Source: a virus. Taken from it: 64,000 nucleotides of DNA. The notes under the pieces were generated by a model. That model was not told where the DNA came from and ran no database searches. It saw only the letters and a program-made list of their open reading frames with translations. Where the stretch lies: IMG/VR virus record IMGVR_UViG_3300045988_182914, positions 28,339 through 92,338 of that record; one strand, written 5' to 3'. Below, in pieces: positions 48,031 through 58,353 of this stretch. The first letter of the stretch is position 1; each line of letters opens with the position of its first letter. Position numbers and translations under genes: made by a program.

Positions 48031-48204
48031 TTTTTGGTTTCTCCTTTCCTTTGTACTTTGTCTGTAAGTTACAAAAAGCCCGCAGGAAAGATACTTCCCG
48101 CAGACTGTGCGGGATAGTTCCCGTTAATAAGAAATTATGTTATTGCCTCCTTCTGTCATTTCTTATATGGAAAGTATGTAAGAAAATTTTCAGCCCACCG
48201 TGCT

Positions 48205-48274
48205 ACGCACATATAATACTATAAGGTCTGAATTTTTGGTGCACCCTTATTATTCTCTTTTGGGCACAAAAAAG
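48205..48274. repeat. About 70 bp direct repeat, copy B
   Basis: See copy A. Confidence 0.8.
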
Positions 48275-48355
48275 AGGCGCATCAGATGCATCTCTTCATT
48301 ACTGACATAATAAAAAGCCCCAGACATTATCCGAGACTTTGTTTTAAAAAAGAGT

Positions 48356-48652
48356 TTACCACGATTTTGCCATTTCTATGACGCGATTGAAATCGCGCTC
48401 AAATGCACGGCTATAAAAGTCCTTGATATTCTGCGGCGCATCTTCCGAGCAGCTCAGACCTATTGTTTTAGTTCTATAGTGTTCTCTCAACGTTTCTTTG
48501 TTGTAAATACAAATGATTCCCTGACATCCTCCAATGATTCTTGCTGATACAATCCAGTTGCCGACATCTTCCCTTTTTACCGAGTCTTCATCGGTAAAAA
48601 GATATTCCGTCTGCAACACCTTTTTATATCCTTCTGCCCATGCATCATACAT
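48356..48652 (-). CDS. Hypothetical protein
   Basis: 98 aa ORF. Confidence 0.45.
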   Translation of the reverse strand: MYDAWAEGYKKVLQTEYLFTDEDSVKREDVGNWIVSARIIGGCQGIICIYNKETLREHYRTKTIGLSCSEDAPQNIKDFYSRAFERDFNRVIEMAKSW

Positions 48653-48666
48653 TGACTATTGCCTCC

Positions 48667-49053
48667 TTACACTTCCTCATACTGATGTCCATATCGCTTC
48701 ATATATCCCTCGTATGAAGAATACAATGTTGCCTTATATATACGAGCAAGGCGTCTGCCTTCCTCTACACATTCATCGAATTCTTTCTTTGAAAAGTGTT
48801 TATAAAGCTGATCTTTGGAAGCTAAAATTTTACAGCCTGAGCCTGATGCAGTACTTGGTACATACTCAAAGCATGGATCGTACCCCATATCTCCGAATTC
48901 ACTGAAGAATACACCAATGACAGACACACCATCTGTGACTAACCCATACACACTTGTAGGGTTTTTCTTATTAATGAATGCTCTAAGCCCCTGTTTCTTA
49001 CAAACCTTAAGGTCTGCCAATAATTTTTCTCTTCTTTCTTCTGTTAAACTCAT
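48667..49053 (-). CDS. Hypothetical protein
   Basis: Start MSLTEERREK after GGGAGGAAAAAAT. Motif at 49065..49110. Confidence 0.5.
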   Translation of the reverse strand: MSLTEERREKLLADLKVCKKQGLRAFINKKNPTSVYGLVTDGVSVIGVFFSEFGDMGYDPCFEYVPSTASGSGCKILASKDQLYKHFSKKEFDECVEEGRRLARIYKATLYSSYEGYMKRYGHQYEEV

Positions 49054-49245
49054 ATTTTTTCCTCCCATTTTCTTTTTTATATAGAAAGTATGTAAGAAAT
49101 TAGAAAACTGAAAATTTTTATAGCTGCATGCACGGTCGCCAGAATTTTAGGTACACTGCTTCATTTGATTTTTTGCGCAGGATTTTTCAAAAACAAAAAA
49201 CATACTAATGATATACAAAAAATTGACTATGAAAGGAATTTTTAT

Positions 49246-50421
49246 ATGGAAAACAACAGCTCTTATTATAATCTGCCCGAAGCTTGTGCAACACTTGTTG
49301 TCGGCGCTTCTGGTTCAGGAAAAACACAAAATTTTGCAAAGCCTGCAGTTTTAAACCGTGGTCTGTCGCTGCATGAGCAGTCATTTGTCATTACCGACAA
49401 AAATGGCGAGATACTCAAAACATGTGCTCCTGTGTTAAAAGCAGATGGATATGATGTCATGTATCTTAATCTCACAAAATCATCGCTTGATGGCATTGAT
49501 GCAAGGGCGTGCCATTATAATCCATTCGCACACATTCAAACCAACTACGGATTAAGTTTCGCCGTAGATGCATTTTATAATGTAATTACAGATGAAAATG
49601 AAAAACATTCCTTTTGGACAGACGTTGAAAAACATCTTCTAACTGCACTGCTTGAAGCAATGCGTATTATGAACCTTGCTGACTGGAATTCTGCCGGAAA
49701 TCTCTTTCTGCAGGTGGCTGAATTTTTGAAAGCCGCACCGGAGCATGCTGAAAACAAGCTTGCAGAAATTGACAGCCTGTTTGAGAAAATCGGTGAGATT
49801 AATTTTTCGTGCACTGCAAAAAAAGAATATAATATTTTTTCAGATTCGACCCCGGCACATGTAAAAGACACCATTCTTCTCTCCCTGAGCAGCAGGCTAT
49901 CTGTCTTTGAATCTGATTTCTGCAAAAACCTTATGTCAGACGACAACATTGATTTTTCGGCGCTTAACAATGGAAAAACAGCATTTTTCATCATAATATC
50001 TCCTGACAGCAGATACACTTTTTTTACCCCAATGCTTCTGCATCAGCTTTTTATGTTTTTCCTTAAATCCCCGAGTCCAGAACATCCTGCACGCTTCATT
50101 TTGGATAATTTTGCCGACATAGGGTATATATCAGGTCTCTTTACATGCATGGGGATTTCCGAGCGTTTTAAGATAGACATTCTGGCGCAGTCTGTCAGCC
50201 AGATATGCACATTATATGGAAGGAGTATTTCTGAACTTAGAAAATATTTCGATACCGGCGTCTGTTTTAGCTCATGTTTTAAAGAAGATGCCCAATACTT
50301 TGAGAGTCTGTCTAAGGTTAACATTTCTTCAATGCCAAAAGACAAATGCCTGGTCTGCATGAACAACTCAAAACGCTTTTCAAAGAAGTCTTTTCTTGCT
50401 GAAAAAATATCCGCGCAATAA
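49246..50421 (+). CDS. VirD4/TraG-like type IV coupling protein ATPase domain (no N-terminal TM region; Walker B appears as DN instead of DE)
   Basis: P-loop LVVGASGSGKTQNF, SFVITDKNGE, RFILDNFADIGY and LAQSVSQICTLYG resemble TraG/VirD4 motifs. Likely start MENNSSYY. Confidence 0.65.
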   Translation: MENNSSYYNLPEACATLVVGASGSGKTQNFAKPAVLNRGLSLHEQSFVITDKNGEILKTCAPVLKADGYDVMYLNLTKSSLDGIDARACHYNPFAHIQTNYGLSFAVDAFYNVITDENEKHSFWTDVEKHLLTALLEAMRIMNLADWNSAGNLFLQVAEFLKAAPEHAENKLAEIDSLFEKIGEINFSCTAKKEYNIFSDSTPAHVKDTILLSLSSRLSVFESDFCKNLMSDDNIDFSALNNGKTAFFIIISPDSRYTFFTPMLLHQLFMFFLKSPSPEHPARFILDNFADIGYISGLFTCMGISERFKIDILAQSVSQICTLYGRSISELRKYFDTGVCFSSCFKEDAQYFESLSKVNISSMPKDKCLVCMNNSKRFSKKSFLAEKISAQ

Positions 50422-50467
50422 TTAGCCACACAAAAAAGGAGAACAGAAACTTCTGCTCTCCTCTTTT

Positions 50468-50623
50468 TTATGGCATCATTCTTTTTTGTTCCCTGATTCT
50501 GGCCATTACTCTCTTGGCCACATCTTCAGCTTCGTGGCATTCGTATCTGCCGGTATCAGGATTGTATCTGTTGTGCCTGCATTTTGCACAGGCACTCTCT
50601 GGTTCTTTACAGTATATGCTCAT
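50468..50623 (-). CDS. Small Cys-rich protein (51 aa), paralogous to a frameshifted copy at 58354..58495
   Basis: MSIYCKEPESACAKCRHNRYNPDTGRYECHEAED... with RBS ggaaaggaag. Not in the ORF track (under 60 aa). Confidence 0.4.
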   Translation of the reverse strand: MSIYCKEPESACAKCRHNRYNPDTGRYECHEAEDVAKRVMARIREQKRMMP

Positions 50624-50624
50624 A

Positions 50625-51095
50625 TCAGTCTTCCTTTCCAACCTCGATAATCAGCGCATGATCATGTATGGTCATGTATCTGATTTCGCAGTCATAAAAT
50701 GATTCGATCGGAATCTTGTTATCCTTATCGCATAATTTTGTATCATACGCCGGAGCATCAAGGTCGTTCCATGTGACGTCTTTGCTGCATTCGTATATTG
50801 CAAAATTAGCATTGAAGTCGAATTCCTGATTGTTTAATATGTCTCCAACCGTCAAATGCTTCTTTTCCCTGCATGCTTCTTTAAAAACATCGTCCACTGT
50901 GACGGTTCCTTTTTCCTGTCTGCTGTACCATCTGCACAGCCTGCCATCGCCGTCATCTTTAATGCTTATGACAATGTCATCCAGCATTGGAAGATCTATG
51001 TTGCCGCCTCTCATTTTGGCAATAAACATATCCTTATCTTTCCATATGCAGGTTATATAATCCTTATTACAGTTCTCCATCATTAATATCAACAT
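50625..51095 (-). CDS. Hypothetical protein
   Basis: 156 aa ORF in an operon-like string with overlapping stops and starts. Confidence 0.5.
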   Translation of the reverse strand: MLILMMENCNKDYITCIWKDKDMFIAKMRGGNIDLPMLDDIVISIKDDGDGRLCRWYSRQEKGTVTVDDVFKEACREKKHLTVGDILNNQEFDFNANFAIYECSKDVTWNDLDAPAYDTKLCDKDNKIPIESFYDCEIRYMTIHDHALIIEVGKED

Positions 51096-51427
51096 GCTTT
51101 TGTTTCTCCTCTTCTCTCAATGCATGATGCACATTGACATTCTTCTGCTGCCAGTACATCGTATGGATTTTCTTCATCCACAACAAATGTGTTGATGTTG
51201 TAGATAAATCCATGACTTCTTACAGTCCTGTCTTCCTTGCCCCAGTACCCAACAAGGGCTTTCATTCCTCTTACTGAACCTGTTGCATCAATGTATGTTG
51301 CATCAATGTTTGCGTGACAGCTGTGACTTAATCCTGTCGAGCCGTCCTTAATCCATGCAATTCCGCTCTTTCTGTCCCTGTGCAGTTCAGCACATGGACC
51401 TACATTTCTAACATACGTGTTTTTCAT
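51089..51427 (-). CDS. Hypothetical protein
   Basis: 112 aa. Confidence 0.5.
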   Translation of the reverse strand: MKNTYVRNVGPCAELHRDRKSGIAWIKDGSTGLSHSCHANIDATYIDATGSVRGMKALVGYWGKEDRTVRSHGFIYNINTFVVDEENPYDVLAAEECQCASCIERRGETKAC

Positions 51428-51939
51428 TTTGTATCTTCCTCCTGATATACGTAAATTCTGACCGGATAATCCTCGTTGCCATATGTTGTATCAACCATTA
51501 TCCTGTAGCAGTCTGACATAAAAGGCTTTATGAAATATCTCTCATTTGCTCCTTCGTATGTGGAAGCCATATGCTCCCTCATTGCCCAGCCGCAGCCTCG
51601 CGGGAAGCTCCTGTCAAGTTCGCTGATAATGTTTGTAACACCGCATATATCCTTTTCTGACACATGGCATCCTTTATCAACAAACCATCTTCCATGCCAG
51701 CCATTCTTGAAATACAACCGGAAATAGCCAATGCACTTTCTGCCATCAATGCCGCCGTTTTTTGTATCATCGTTTTCAAAGCCAAGCACGCATCTGTTGT
51801 CATTGACATACCCTCTAAGGTCAACATCATCAAGCTCACGCGGGCATCTGAACAGTTCCTGATACTCACCGCTGAACTGTCCATATACGATGCTGCATAC
51901 AGCTGTCTGGATCAGCTGTGTCTTATCTGCTTTACTCAT
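51424..51939 (-). CDS. Hypothetical protein
   Basis: 171 aa. Start overlaps the upstream stop. Confidence 0.5.
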   Translation of the reverse strand: MSKADKTQLIQTAVCSIVYGQFSGEYQELFRCPRELDDVDLRGYVNDNRCVLGFENDDTKNGGIDGRKCIGYFRLYFKNGWHGRWFVDKGCHVSEKDICGVTNIISELDRSFPRGCGWAMREHMASTYEGANERYFIKPFMSDCYRIMVDTTYGNEDYPVRIYVYQEEDTK

Positions 51940-52586
51940 TGCTGTTCCTCCTTATTACCATCAACAATTTCTCCTGCACCAAGGTCACGAAGCCACTTGA
52001 CGAGGTCCGCATCCGATACAGTGAAATCTTCTGCTGAGTATGGATACCTATTATAGGTATCGTTTTTTACGACTTCCGGTGAAAAGTTCTGGACACCTGC
52101 ATATTCCACCAGTTCCTTTGCAAGAAGCATTGGACTGTGCTTTTTTACAAGTTCCTCAACCGGCAGTCTGACTTCCTCATACAGTCCGATGCACTTAAGC
52201 ATATCGACCCATGGAAGCCACGAGTCGTCGAGGTCAACATAACAAAGAGCTGCAAAGTTCTCGTCACCGTTTTCTCCAAACTCTGTGTTCAGGTAGAACA
52301 CATCAAACGTATTCTCAAGGGACTCGTGGTCCTTAAGCTCCTCCTCGCTGAAATGAGGCTTCACAAGACAGCCGCCATAAGCAAGAAAATTAATATCTCC
52401 CATATTTGTCCATTCCGTTTTACTCATTGTCTGTTTCTCCTTTCTTCTCAACAGCTTCAATACATTCTGATAAATACCTGCTAAAGCTTCTGCCGGTAAG
52501 AACCTCAAAAAGCTCGCTGACTGATTTTTGGTCCACGGAATTTTCGTATATATCAAAAATCTCCCCGGACACTCCCGTTCTTTCAA
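51936..52586 (-). CDS. Hypothetical protein
   Basis: 216 aa. Confidence 0.5.
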   Translation of the reverse strand: MKERECPGRFLIYTKIPWTKNQSASFLRFLPAEALAGIYQNVLKLLRRKEKQTMSKTEWTNMGDINFLAYGGCLVKPHFSEEELKDHESLENTFDVFYLNTEFGENGDENFAALCYVDLDDSWLPWVDMLKCIGLYEEVRLPVEELVKKHSPMLLAKELVEYAGVQNFSPEVVKNDTYNRYPYSAEDFTVSDADLVKWLRDLGAGEIVDGNKEEQQ

Positions 52587-52734
52587 GAAGATGATTTTTT
52601 ATGCTTTCGTTCATAATGCCCGAAAGAACAGTATCGCAGTCCAGCACAAACGGTCCGCACTGCATCATCTTCTTTATTTTTTCAATTTTTTCATACGCTG
52701 TATAAATAGCGCTCTCCTTTTCTGCCATATTCAA
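52420..52734 (-). CDS. Hypothetical protein
   Basis: 104 aa. Motif at 52745..52790 upstream. Overlaps the 3' end of the next ORF in another frame. Confidence 0.4.
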   Translation of the reverse strand: MNMAEKESAIYTAYEKIEKIKKMMQCGPFVLDCDTVLSGIMNESIKNHLLERTGVSGEIFDIYENSVDQKSVSELFEVLTGRSFSRYLSECIEAVEKKGETDNE

Positions 52735-52901
52735 TTTCCTCCATTTCTCTTTTTCTGATATAAAGAGTATGTTTGAAAGAACAAAAATGGCATCAAAAAA
52801 AGTCCCGGTGAAATCCAGAACCTTTTGTTATTGAGAAAACCAAACATTTCCATATAAAATAAAAAATCATACTTTTTTTAAATAATCGCAAAAAAAAGGA
52901 A

Positions 52902-53495
52902 GTGAAAATATTGATTAACTATGAAACAGCCAAAGCTGAAGCCGGTGAATCTACCATAAAATGCAACAGAGTAACTTTTGTATGCGACAGCGCGCATTTT
53001 AATCAATGCATGGCAAAGAACAAGAAGAGGTGCCGAAATTTAAGCATTCTTACATGCATTTCTTCATTTGTATTCGTTGCACTTACAATTGCATCGCTTG
53101 TAACACTGGCTGCTTCTGCAGGATTTAAGATTCCGCCGGAAGCGGCTATACCATTTCTTGCAGTATTCGGGCTTTCATTTTCCGCCGAGAACAGACAACG
53201 GCCATATGCAGAAAAGCTTATTGCAGCTGACTATATTTTGAAGAATGACAGTGACTATATAATTCGTAGGAAAGACGAGCACACATGCCTTATGACAACT
53301 TTAAGAATGAGTGCGCAGGCAACCCATGCGGCAAAAGCCGGGCATACAGTGAATTTTGATTCACTCTATATTTCTGTCAGGGATAATACAGACAAATTGT
53401 CAGCGTTTTTAACCAGCAGCGAATTGAAAATATCTCTGATTCTTCGCACCGGAAGCCGAGATGTCTGGTTTGAAGTTCAGAATGAGCCGGAATAA
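52902..53495 (+). CDS. Hypothetical membrane protein (2 TM)
   Basis: 197 aa plus-strand ORF. Hydrophobic FVFVALTIASLVTLAASAGF and AAIPFLAVFGLSF. Confidence 0.45.
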   Translation: MKILINYETAKAEAGESTIKCNRVTFVCDSAHFNQCMAKNKKRCRNLSILTCISSFVFVALTIASLVTLAASAGFKIPPEAAIPFLAVFGLSFSAENRQRPYAEKLIAADYILKNDSDYIIRRKDEHTCLMTTLRMSAQATHAAKAGHTVNFDSLYISVRDNTDKLSAFLTSSELKISLILRTGSRDVWFEVQNEPE

Positions 53496-53517
53496 TAAAT
53501 AAAAAGTCAGCCAGACT

Positions 53518-53662
53518 TATATGGAAGGCCATTTCTCAAAATCATTTCTGACATACTATATGTGTAAGACAGAGGAAATCTGTTAATACACAACTCCAAT
53601 TTTCTTTTTAAATATGGGCCGGGCGCGAAAGTGTCCGGCCATACGTGTGTCCAAAAACGCAA
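53518..53662 (+). repeat. Structured repeat element, copy 2
   Basis: See copy 1. Hairpin GGCCGG-GCGC-GAAA-GTGT-CCGGCC at about 53608..53633. Confidence 0.75.
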
Positions 53663-53802
53663 AAACAGGAGCTGGAAAATATCCAGCCCCTGTTTTTGAT
53701 ATTTATTAAACAAATCATAAAGGAGTGTATACGCAGGGACTATTCTTCCCTGCAATATAAGTATGATATATTTTTCTTTCGATTTTCAGCTCTTCAGAAA
53801 AA

Positions 53803-54243
53803 TCATATCTCGTATTCTTCCTCTTCCTCGCGGGTTCTGCTTCTCCCCGCACGTCGCTGTCTTGACTCATCTGCTTCAATCTCATCTCTGTCTCCTTTAA
53901 GTTCATGGAGCGCTTCAAGGTCAAGCCTTGTTGATCCAAACACAGCGTCAATGTCGATGTTGTCAATGAACACATTTGTCAAATCCGCAAACTCCATATT
54001 CACGAACCTGTCAAAAACTCCATTGTCCGCTTTAATCGTCATATTGTAGTCATCGTTTTCATTCCCAAGACTGAGCCCGCAGATGTATGGCTCAAATCCT
54101 TTAATTGCATCAAACATGCCGTTTTTTATACACTTGCACTCTTTTGATATAATGAGGACAAGGTTCTCATCCACGGTATACAGCGTCTCTCCGCCTTCCT
54201 CAAGCCTTTCCCTAATTCTTCTTGCGATTTCTTCCTTACTCAT
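53803..54243 (-). CDS. Hypothetical acidic protein
   Basis: 146 aa with a C-terminal EEEEYEI tail. Confidence 0.45.
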   Translation of the reverse strand: MSKEEIARRIRERLEEGGETLYTVDENLVLIISKECKCIKNGMFDAIKGFEPYICGLSLGNENDDYNMTIKADNGVFDRFVNMEFADLTNVFIDNIDIDAVFGSTRLDLEALHELKGDRDEIEADESRQRRAGRSRTREEEEEYEI

Positions 54244-54374
54244 TTTTATCCTTCCTTTCTGATAATGATGTCTGTTAATGTTAATTAGCTACACAATATA
54301 TATGGATTTTGCAGAATTAACACAAAAAAGAGACTGTTTCCAGTCTCCCTTTTTCTATATGAAATTTTCTTTTC

Positions 54375-54836
54375 TTATCCGTAATATTCCTGAGCAAGGA
54401 AGTCCGGTTCGTTGTCTATCCCCAGCTCATTCATATATGTCTTGCAGATTTCTGTCAGTTTTTCTGCCGTGAGGTCTCTTTCCACCTCATTCATCTGCCA
54501 CGGATAACTTTCGCTGTAAAGAACTGCTGCAGATGTATTGCAATCGCCGTCAGGCGGACAGTAGTCAAACCTGACTCCGGTTTCCCTGGACATTATATTT
54601 GCAATGACTGCGCCAAGCCCTTGACATCCACTGCTGTCGCAGTCATAATCGCAGAAGACATCATCCAGATCAAACTGGTTTTTAGGAGAATAAGTAAGTA
54701 TTTCTTTATACACGTCTCTCTCCCGTTCTGTTCTGCAGAATGCCTCTTTATGTTTTTTTATGAACTGAACAAGAATCGAATCCTCAGCATCGCATTCAAA
54801 TCCAAATCCATAAACCATCATTGTGCTACTGCTCAT
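54375..54836 (-). CDS. Hypothetical protein
   Basis: 153 aa. Confidence 0.45.
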   Translation of the reverse strand: MSSSTMMVYGFGFECDAEDSILVQFIKKHKEAFCRTERERDVYKEILTYSPKNQFDLDDVFCDYDCDSSGCQGLGAVIANIMSRETGVRFDYCPPDGDCNTSAAVLYSESYPWQMNEVERDLTAEKLTEICKTYMNELGIDNEPDFLAQEYYG

Positions 54837-55042
54837 ATCTGTTCCTCCATTCTAAAGCATAATTTCGGCATAATCTTCTCTGCTTATGCCTGTTACATCG
54901 CAAACCTTGTCGATAAACTCCATATCGTCAAGACCGTGATACTCCGTAAGGCTGTTATCGTACCAGCCAATTATCGCGTTTTCCAGCGCTGTCTTAAGCG
55001 CTGTTGTGTCATATAATATACTGCTCATTTTGTTCTTCCTTC

Positions 55043-55609
55043 TTATGCTACATAGTCTAAATCAGCAACATTATCCACTGTTGCCTCATAGACTGCCTCA
55101 ATTTTTCCCGGCACATGACTGCCGATTTTAAGTGCATTTGCCAGTGTCAGGGCATCATCCCTGTTTACAGCGGCGACAAATGCCCGTCTGCCGCCTGTGA
55201 ATTCAACGATATAATACTTATACCGTTTCACCCTGTCAGCAATCTGTTTTGCCTTATTGATGTATAAAAACAGTTTTTCACGCTCATCTATCTCGTATCT
55301 GAGAAGATCCTCGTTACTCTTGTTTCTATAATACCAGTAAGTTTTTTCTCTTGCAGTCTGATAGCTGCAATTGTACTGCTTCATAAACTGGCGCACATTC
55401 GCATGCCATCTGCCCTTACTGATGTTGTTCATCAGCTCATTGTTTGAAAACAGGTCATCAACGGTCACATCATGCACAAGCGCGTATTTTTTTAAAAAAT
55501 CCATCGCCTCATACATATCAGTGCGGTCATCTATTGTGACCTGTTTCAGCTTTTCAGTGTCGGTTATTAACTTCCTTATCGCCTCCACTTCTTTTTCACT
55601 TAATTTCAT
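55043..55609 (-). CDS. Hypothetical protein
   Basis: Likely start MKLSEKEV after GGAGGAAAAAAT. Motif at 55620..55660. Confidence 0.5.
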   Translation of the reverse strand: MKLSEKEVEAIRKLITDTEKLKQVTIDDRTDMYEAMDFLKKYALVHDVTVDDLFSNNELMNNISKGRWHANVRQFMKQYNCSYQTAREKTYWYYRNKSNEDLLRYEIDEREKLFLYINKAKQIADRVKRYKYYIVEFTGGRRAFVAAVNRDDALTLANALKIGSHVPGKIEAVYEATVDNVADLDYVA

Positions 55610-55882
55610 ATTTTTTCCTCCATTCTTCTTTTTTATATGGAGAGTATGATATAAATTGAAAAAATGAAGTCTTCCGGCGACAACACCGAGCCCTGGCAAT
55701 GACGATATTTTCAAAATATCGTCAAACGGATATCTTTTCTGTATGTCCAAAAAGCCAGCAAATACAAGGCTTTCAGCCACTTTGCAGTATGGTGTCAAAA
55801 GAATCCGGACAAATTCCAAATAATATGACACCAAAAAAAAAGAGCCGCATCTCTGCAGCCCTTTGTTTATCATATCACTTTC

Positions 55883-56101
55883 TTATTCGCCGATTTCATA
55901 GACGACAAGAACGCTGTTAAGTCCCGCAACAGGCGTAACCGACACCACCCTTGCATTCTTTTCTTCCAGCGCATAGTTAATTTCATCCTCGGCGTCAGAG
56001 GCGGAATACATTTTTGCCACCTGTTTAGGCTTCGGTTTGTTGAGCAGATATTTCAAACAGCCGACCAGCTCGACTCCCGCCCTTGTTTCCCATACGTTCA
56101 T
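55883..56101 (-). CDS. Hypothetical small protein
   Basis: Start MNVWETRAG after GGAGGAAACTATC. Motif at 56110..56150. Confidence 0.45.
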   Translation of the reverse strand: MNVWETRAGVELVGCLKYLLNKPKPKQVAKMYSASDAEDEINYALEEKNARVVSVTPVAGLNSVLVVYEIGE

Positions 56102-56237
56102 GATAGTTTCCTCCATTCTTCTTTTTTTATATGGAAAGTATGTTAGATTTTGCATAAACCGGTATATGGTTTTCCATATAAGTATGCAAAAAAAGAGCCG
56201 CATTTCTGCAGCCCTTTATTGACCCAAGAGTAACTCC

Positions 56238-57962
56238 TTATTCAATCTTGTCCCATATGAGCTTGTACTGTTTATACAGATGTTCCGGGATATCCAGCTC
56301 TTTAATTTTTGTGTCGGCAAAAGCCGTTTCTGATATTTGTGCACGGATATTCTTATCGAAAATCAGATGACAGATATCTGCCCTGCTGAAAGCGTGTTCG
56401 TCGATTCTTACAGAGCCCGCTATCTTAACCTCATTGATATGAGTCAGTGAAAGACAGTCTCTGCCAAACCACTCAATACAATCCGGCAGGATGACTCTGG
56501 CTTTTATTCCTCCAAACACTCCATAAGGCAGATGCTTAAGACTGCTTTCCGACAGGTCAGCTTCTTTAATGTCTACACAGCCAGCAAAAGCGCGTTGTCC
56601 AAGTCCGTCCGATGTAAGGCTTTTAAGCACTACTTCTGTAAGTCCGGCATTTAAGAAAGCGCATTCGCCTATGCTTACAACATTCGACAAATCAAATGTC
56701 TTAAGCTTCATGCACATGTAAAATGCGTCAGCCTCAATTACAGATATATCTTCAATGTTTTTGACATTTTCAAGGTTCTCGCAGCTGCAAAATGTTCCCT
56801 GCTTAATGCGGTCACATCCTTTTGGCAGTATCACCTCGCAAATGCCTGTACATTCTCTGAAGCACTCAGCTCCAATTTCTGCATCATCAGGAATTTCCAC
56901 ACTGCCTGAAAGATTTCTGCATCTTGCGAACGCTTTGTCTCCTATATAAGTTACACTGCGCGGAATAACTATACTCTTAAGCATCGAGCCTAAGAAAGCA
57001 CCGTTTCCTATTATCCTTAGTCTTTCCGGAAGTTCAATACTTTCAATGCCTGCATCAACAAAAGCACCACGGTCTATTTTTACAATCAGCTTTGTACTGC
57101 CTGTGAACTTCACGTCTGCAAGCGCTCTGCATTGTGCAAAAGTTCTTTCTGGAATTTTTACAATTTCTTTGCCGCATACGTTGACAACAACGCTTTTCAA
57201 TTCATTGCAAAGCTCAAAAGCGCTTTTTTCTTTCAGAACATTTGCATTTTCTATAAAAAGCTCACGAATACCGCTTCCATAGAAAGCGTGTGATTCTATG
57301 CTCTTTATATTTTCCAACAGTGTCACAGACTTAAGACTCTTGCATTTTAAAAATGCGCCATATCCGATACTGCTTATATTTTCAAAGTTTATCTTTTTGA
57401 GATGTACGCATTCTGAAAAGCAGTTATTGGGAATAGCAACATTTTTATCTTCAAATATTACCTCTTCAAGCCTGCTGTTTGCAAACATCCCTTCGCGCAG
57501 TTTAAAGCCTTCAGGAATGACTACCTTTGTCAGATTTGTCATTGCAAAGACTTTCTGACCGGCACTTTTCAGGATTTTCGGAAGAACGACTTCTTTTATG
57601 CACGCGTTATTAAACGCGTCAGCACCTATATAATCCATAGTTTCCGGAAGCATTGCTTCTTCAAGCTTTGTATCTTCAAACGCAGATCGTCCAATGCGTT
57701 TCACTGATTCAGGAATTGTCACTCTTTTAAGATTCTTGCATGAATAAAAAGCTCCATCCCCAATTTCAACAACACCTTCAGGAATCACGACTTCTTCCAG
57801 CATGTACCGGTTCGCAAAAGTACGCGGACTTATTGTTATTACGCCTTCCGGTATGACCACTTTCCCTGTTTCTATGTGGCATGACTCCAGGACTCCGTTT
57901 TTTATGACAAACCCATTATTCTGAATATTTATTTTGTTTGTTTTGATCACGTTTACTTTCAT
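56238..57962 (-). CDS. BspA-type leucine-rich-repeat (LRR_5) protein
   Basis: 574 aa with repeated IPEGV..IG..AF..C..L units. Confidence 0.8.
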   Translation of the reverse strand: MKVNVIKTNKINIQNNGFVIKNGVLESCHIETGKVVIPEGVITISPRTFANRYMLEEVVIPEGVVEIGDGAFYSCKNLKRVTIPESVKRIGRSAFEDTKLEEAMLPETMDYIGADAFNNACIKEVVLPKILKSAGQKVFAMTNLTKVVIPEGFKLREGMFANSRLEEVIFEDKNVAIPNNCFSECVHLKKINFENISSIGYGAFLKCKSLKSVTLLENIKSIESHAFYGSGIRELFIENANVLKEKSAFELCNELKSVVVNVCGKEIVKIPERTFAQCRALADVKFTGSTKLIVKIDRGAFVDAGIESIELPERLRIIGNGAFLGSMLKSIVIPRSVTYIGDKAFARCRNLSGSVEIPDDAEIGAECFRECTGICEVILPKGCDRIKQGTFCSCENLENVKNIEDISVIEADAFYMCMKLKTFDLSNVVSIGECAFLNAGLTEVVLKSLTSDGLGQRAFAGCVDIKEADLSESSLKHLPYGVFGGIKARVILPDCIEWFGRDCLSLTHINEVKIAGSVRIDEHAFSRADICHLIFDKNIRAQISETAFADTKIKELDIPEHLYKQYKLIWDKIE

Positions 57963-58031
57963 TATTGTTCCTCCGTTTTATTTGTTTTTGCACAAAAAGA
58001 GCCGCATTGTGCAGCCCTTTTTTAAATAACT

Positions 58032-58340
58032 TTATTCCATGTTTATCGGAACACCATCCACTCCTGCGGATCCGTTTGAATCCGTCGGCGTGTAGTGGTC
58101 GCCCGGCATTGGAAAGAGTATTCTAAGGAGCAGATAATTGATTGCATCCTCCAGATACTCCGTATTTTTTGTTCTGTTGAATTTTATAAGGCATTTATCA
58201 AGCGAACCTAACGCATCAACTCTTCCGCCTCCAAAATTCTTGTTAGCCGGACCATATTTGTAATATGATATATCCAGCTTCTGTTTACAGCGCACGATTG
58301 TATCATCAATTGTGCGCTCCTTAATTGTCCTGTCTTCCAT
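58032..58340 (-). CDS. Hypothetical protein
   Basis: 102 aa. Confidence 0.4.
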   Translation of the reverse strand: MEDRTIKERTIDDTIVRCKQKLDISYYKYGPANKNFGGGRVDALGSLDKCLIKFNRTKNTEYLEDAINYLLLRILFPMPGDHYTPTDSNGSAGVDGVPINME

Positions 58341-58353
58341 CTTTTTTTCCTTT

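Noticed and set aside
49575-50429. Antisense ORFs 49575..50018 and 50043..50429 within the VirD4-like gene
   Set aside because: They are on the opposite strand to a gene with clear family motifs. No RBS.
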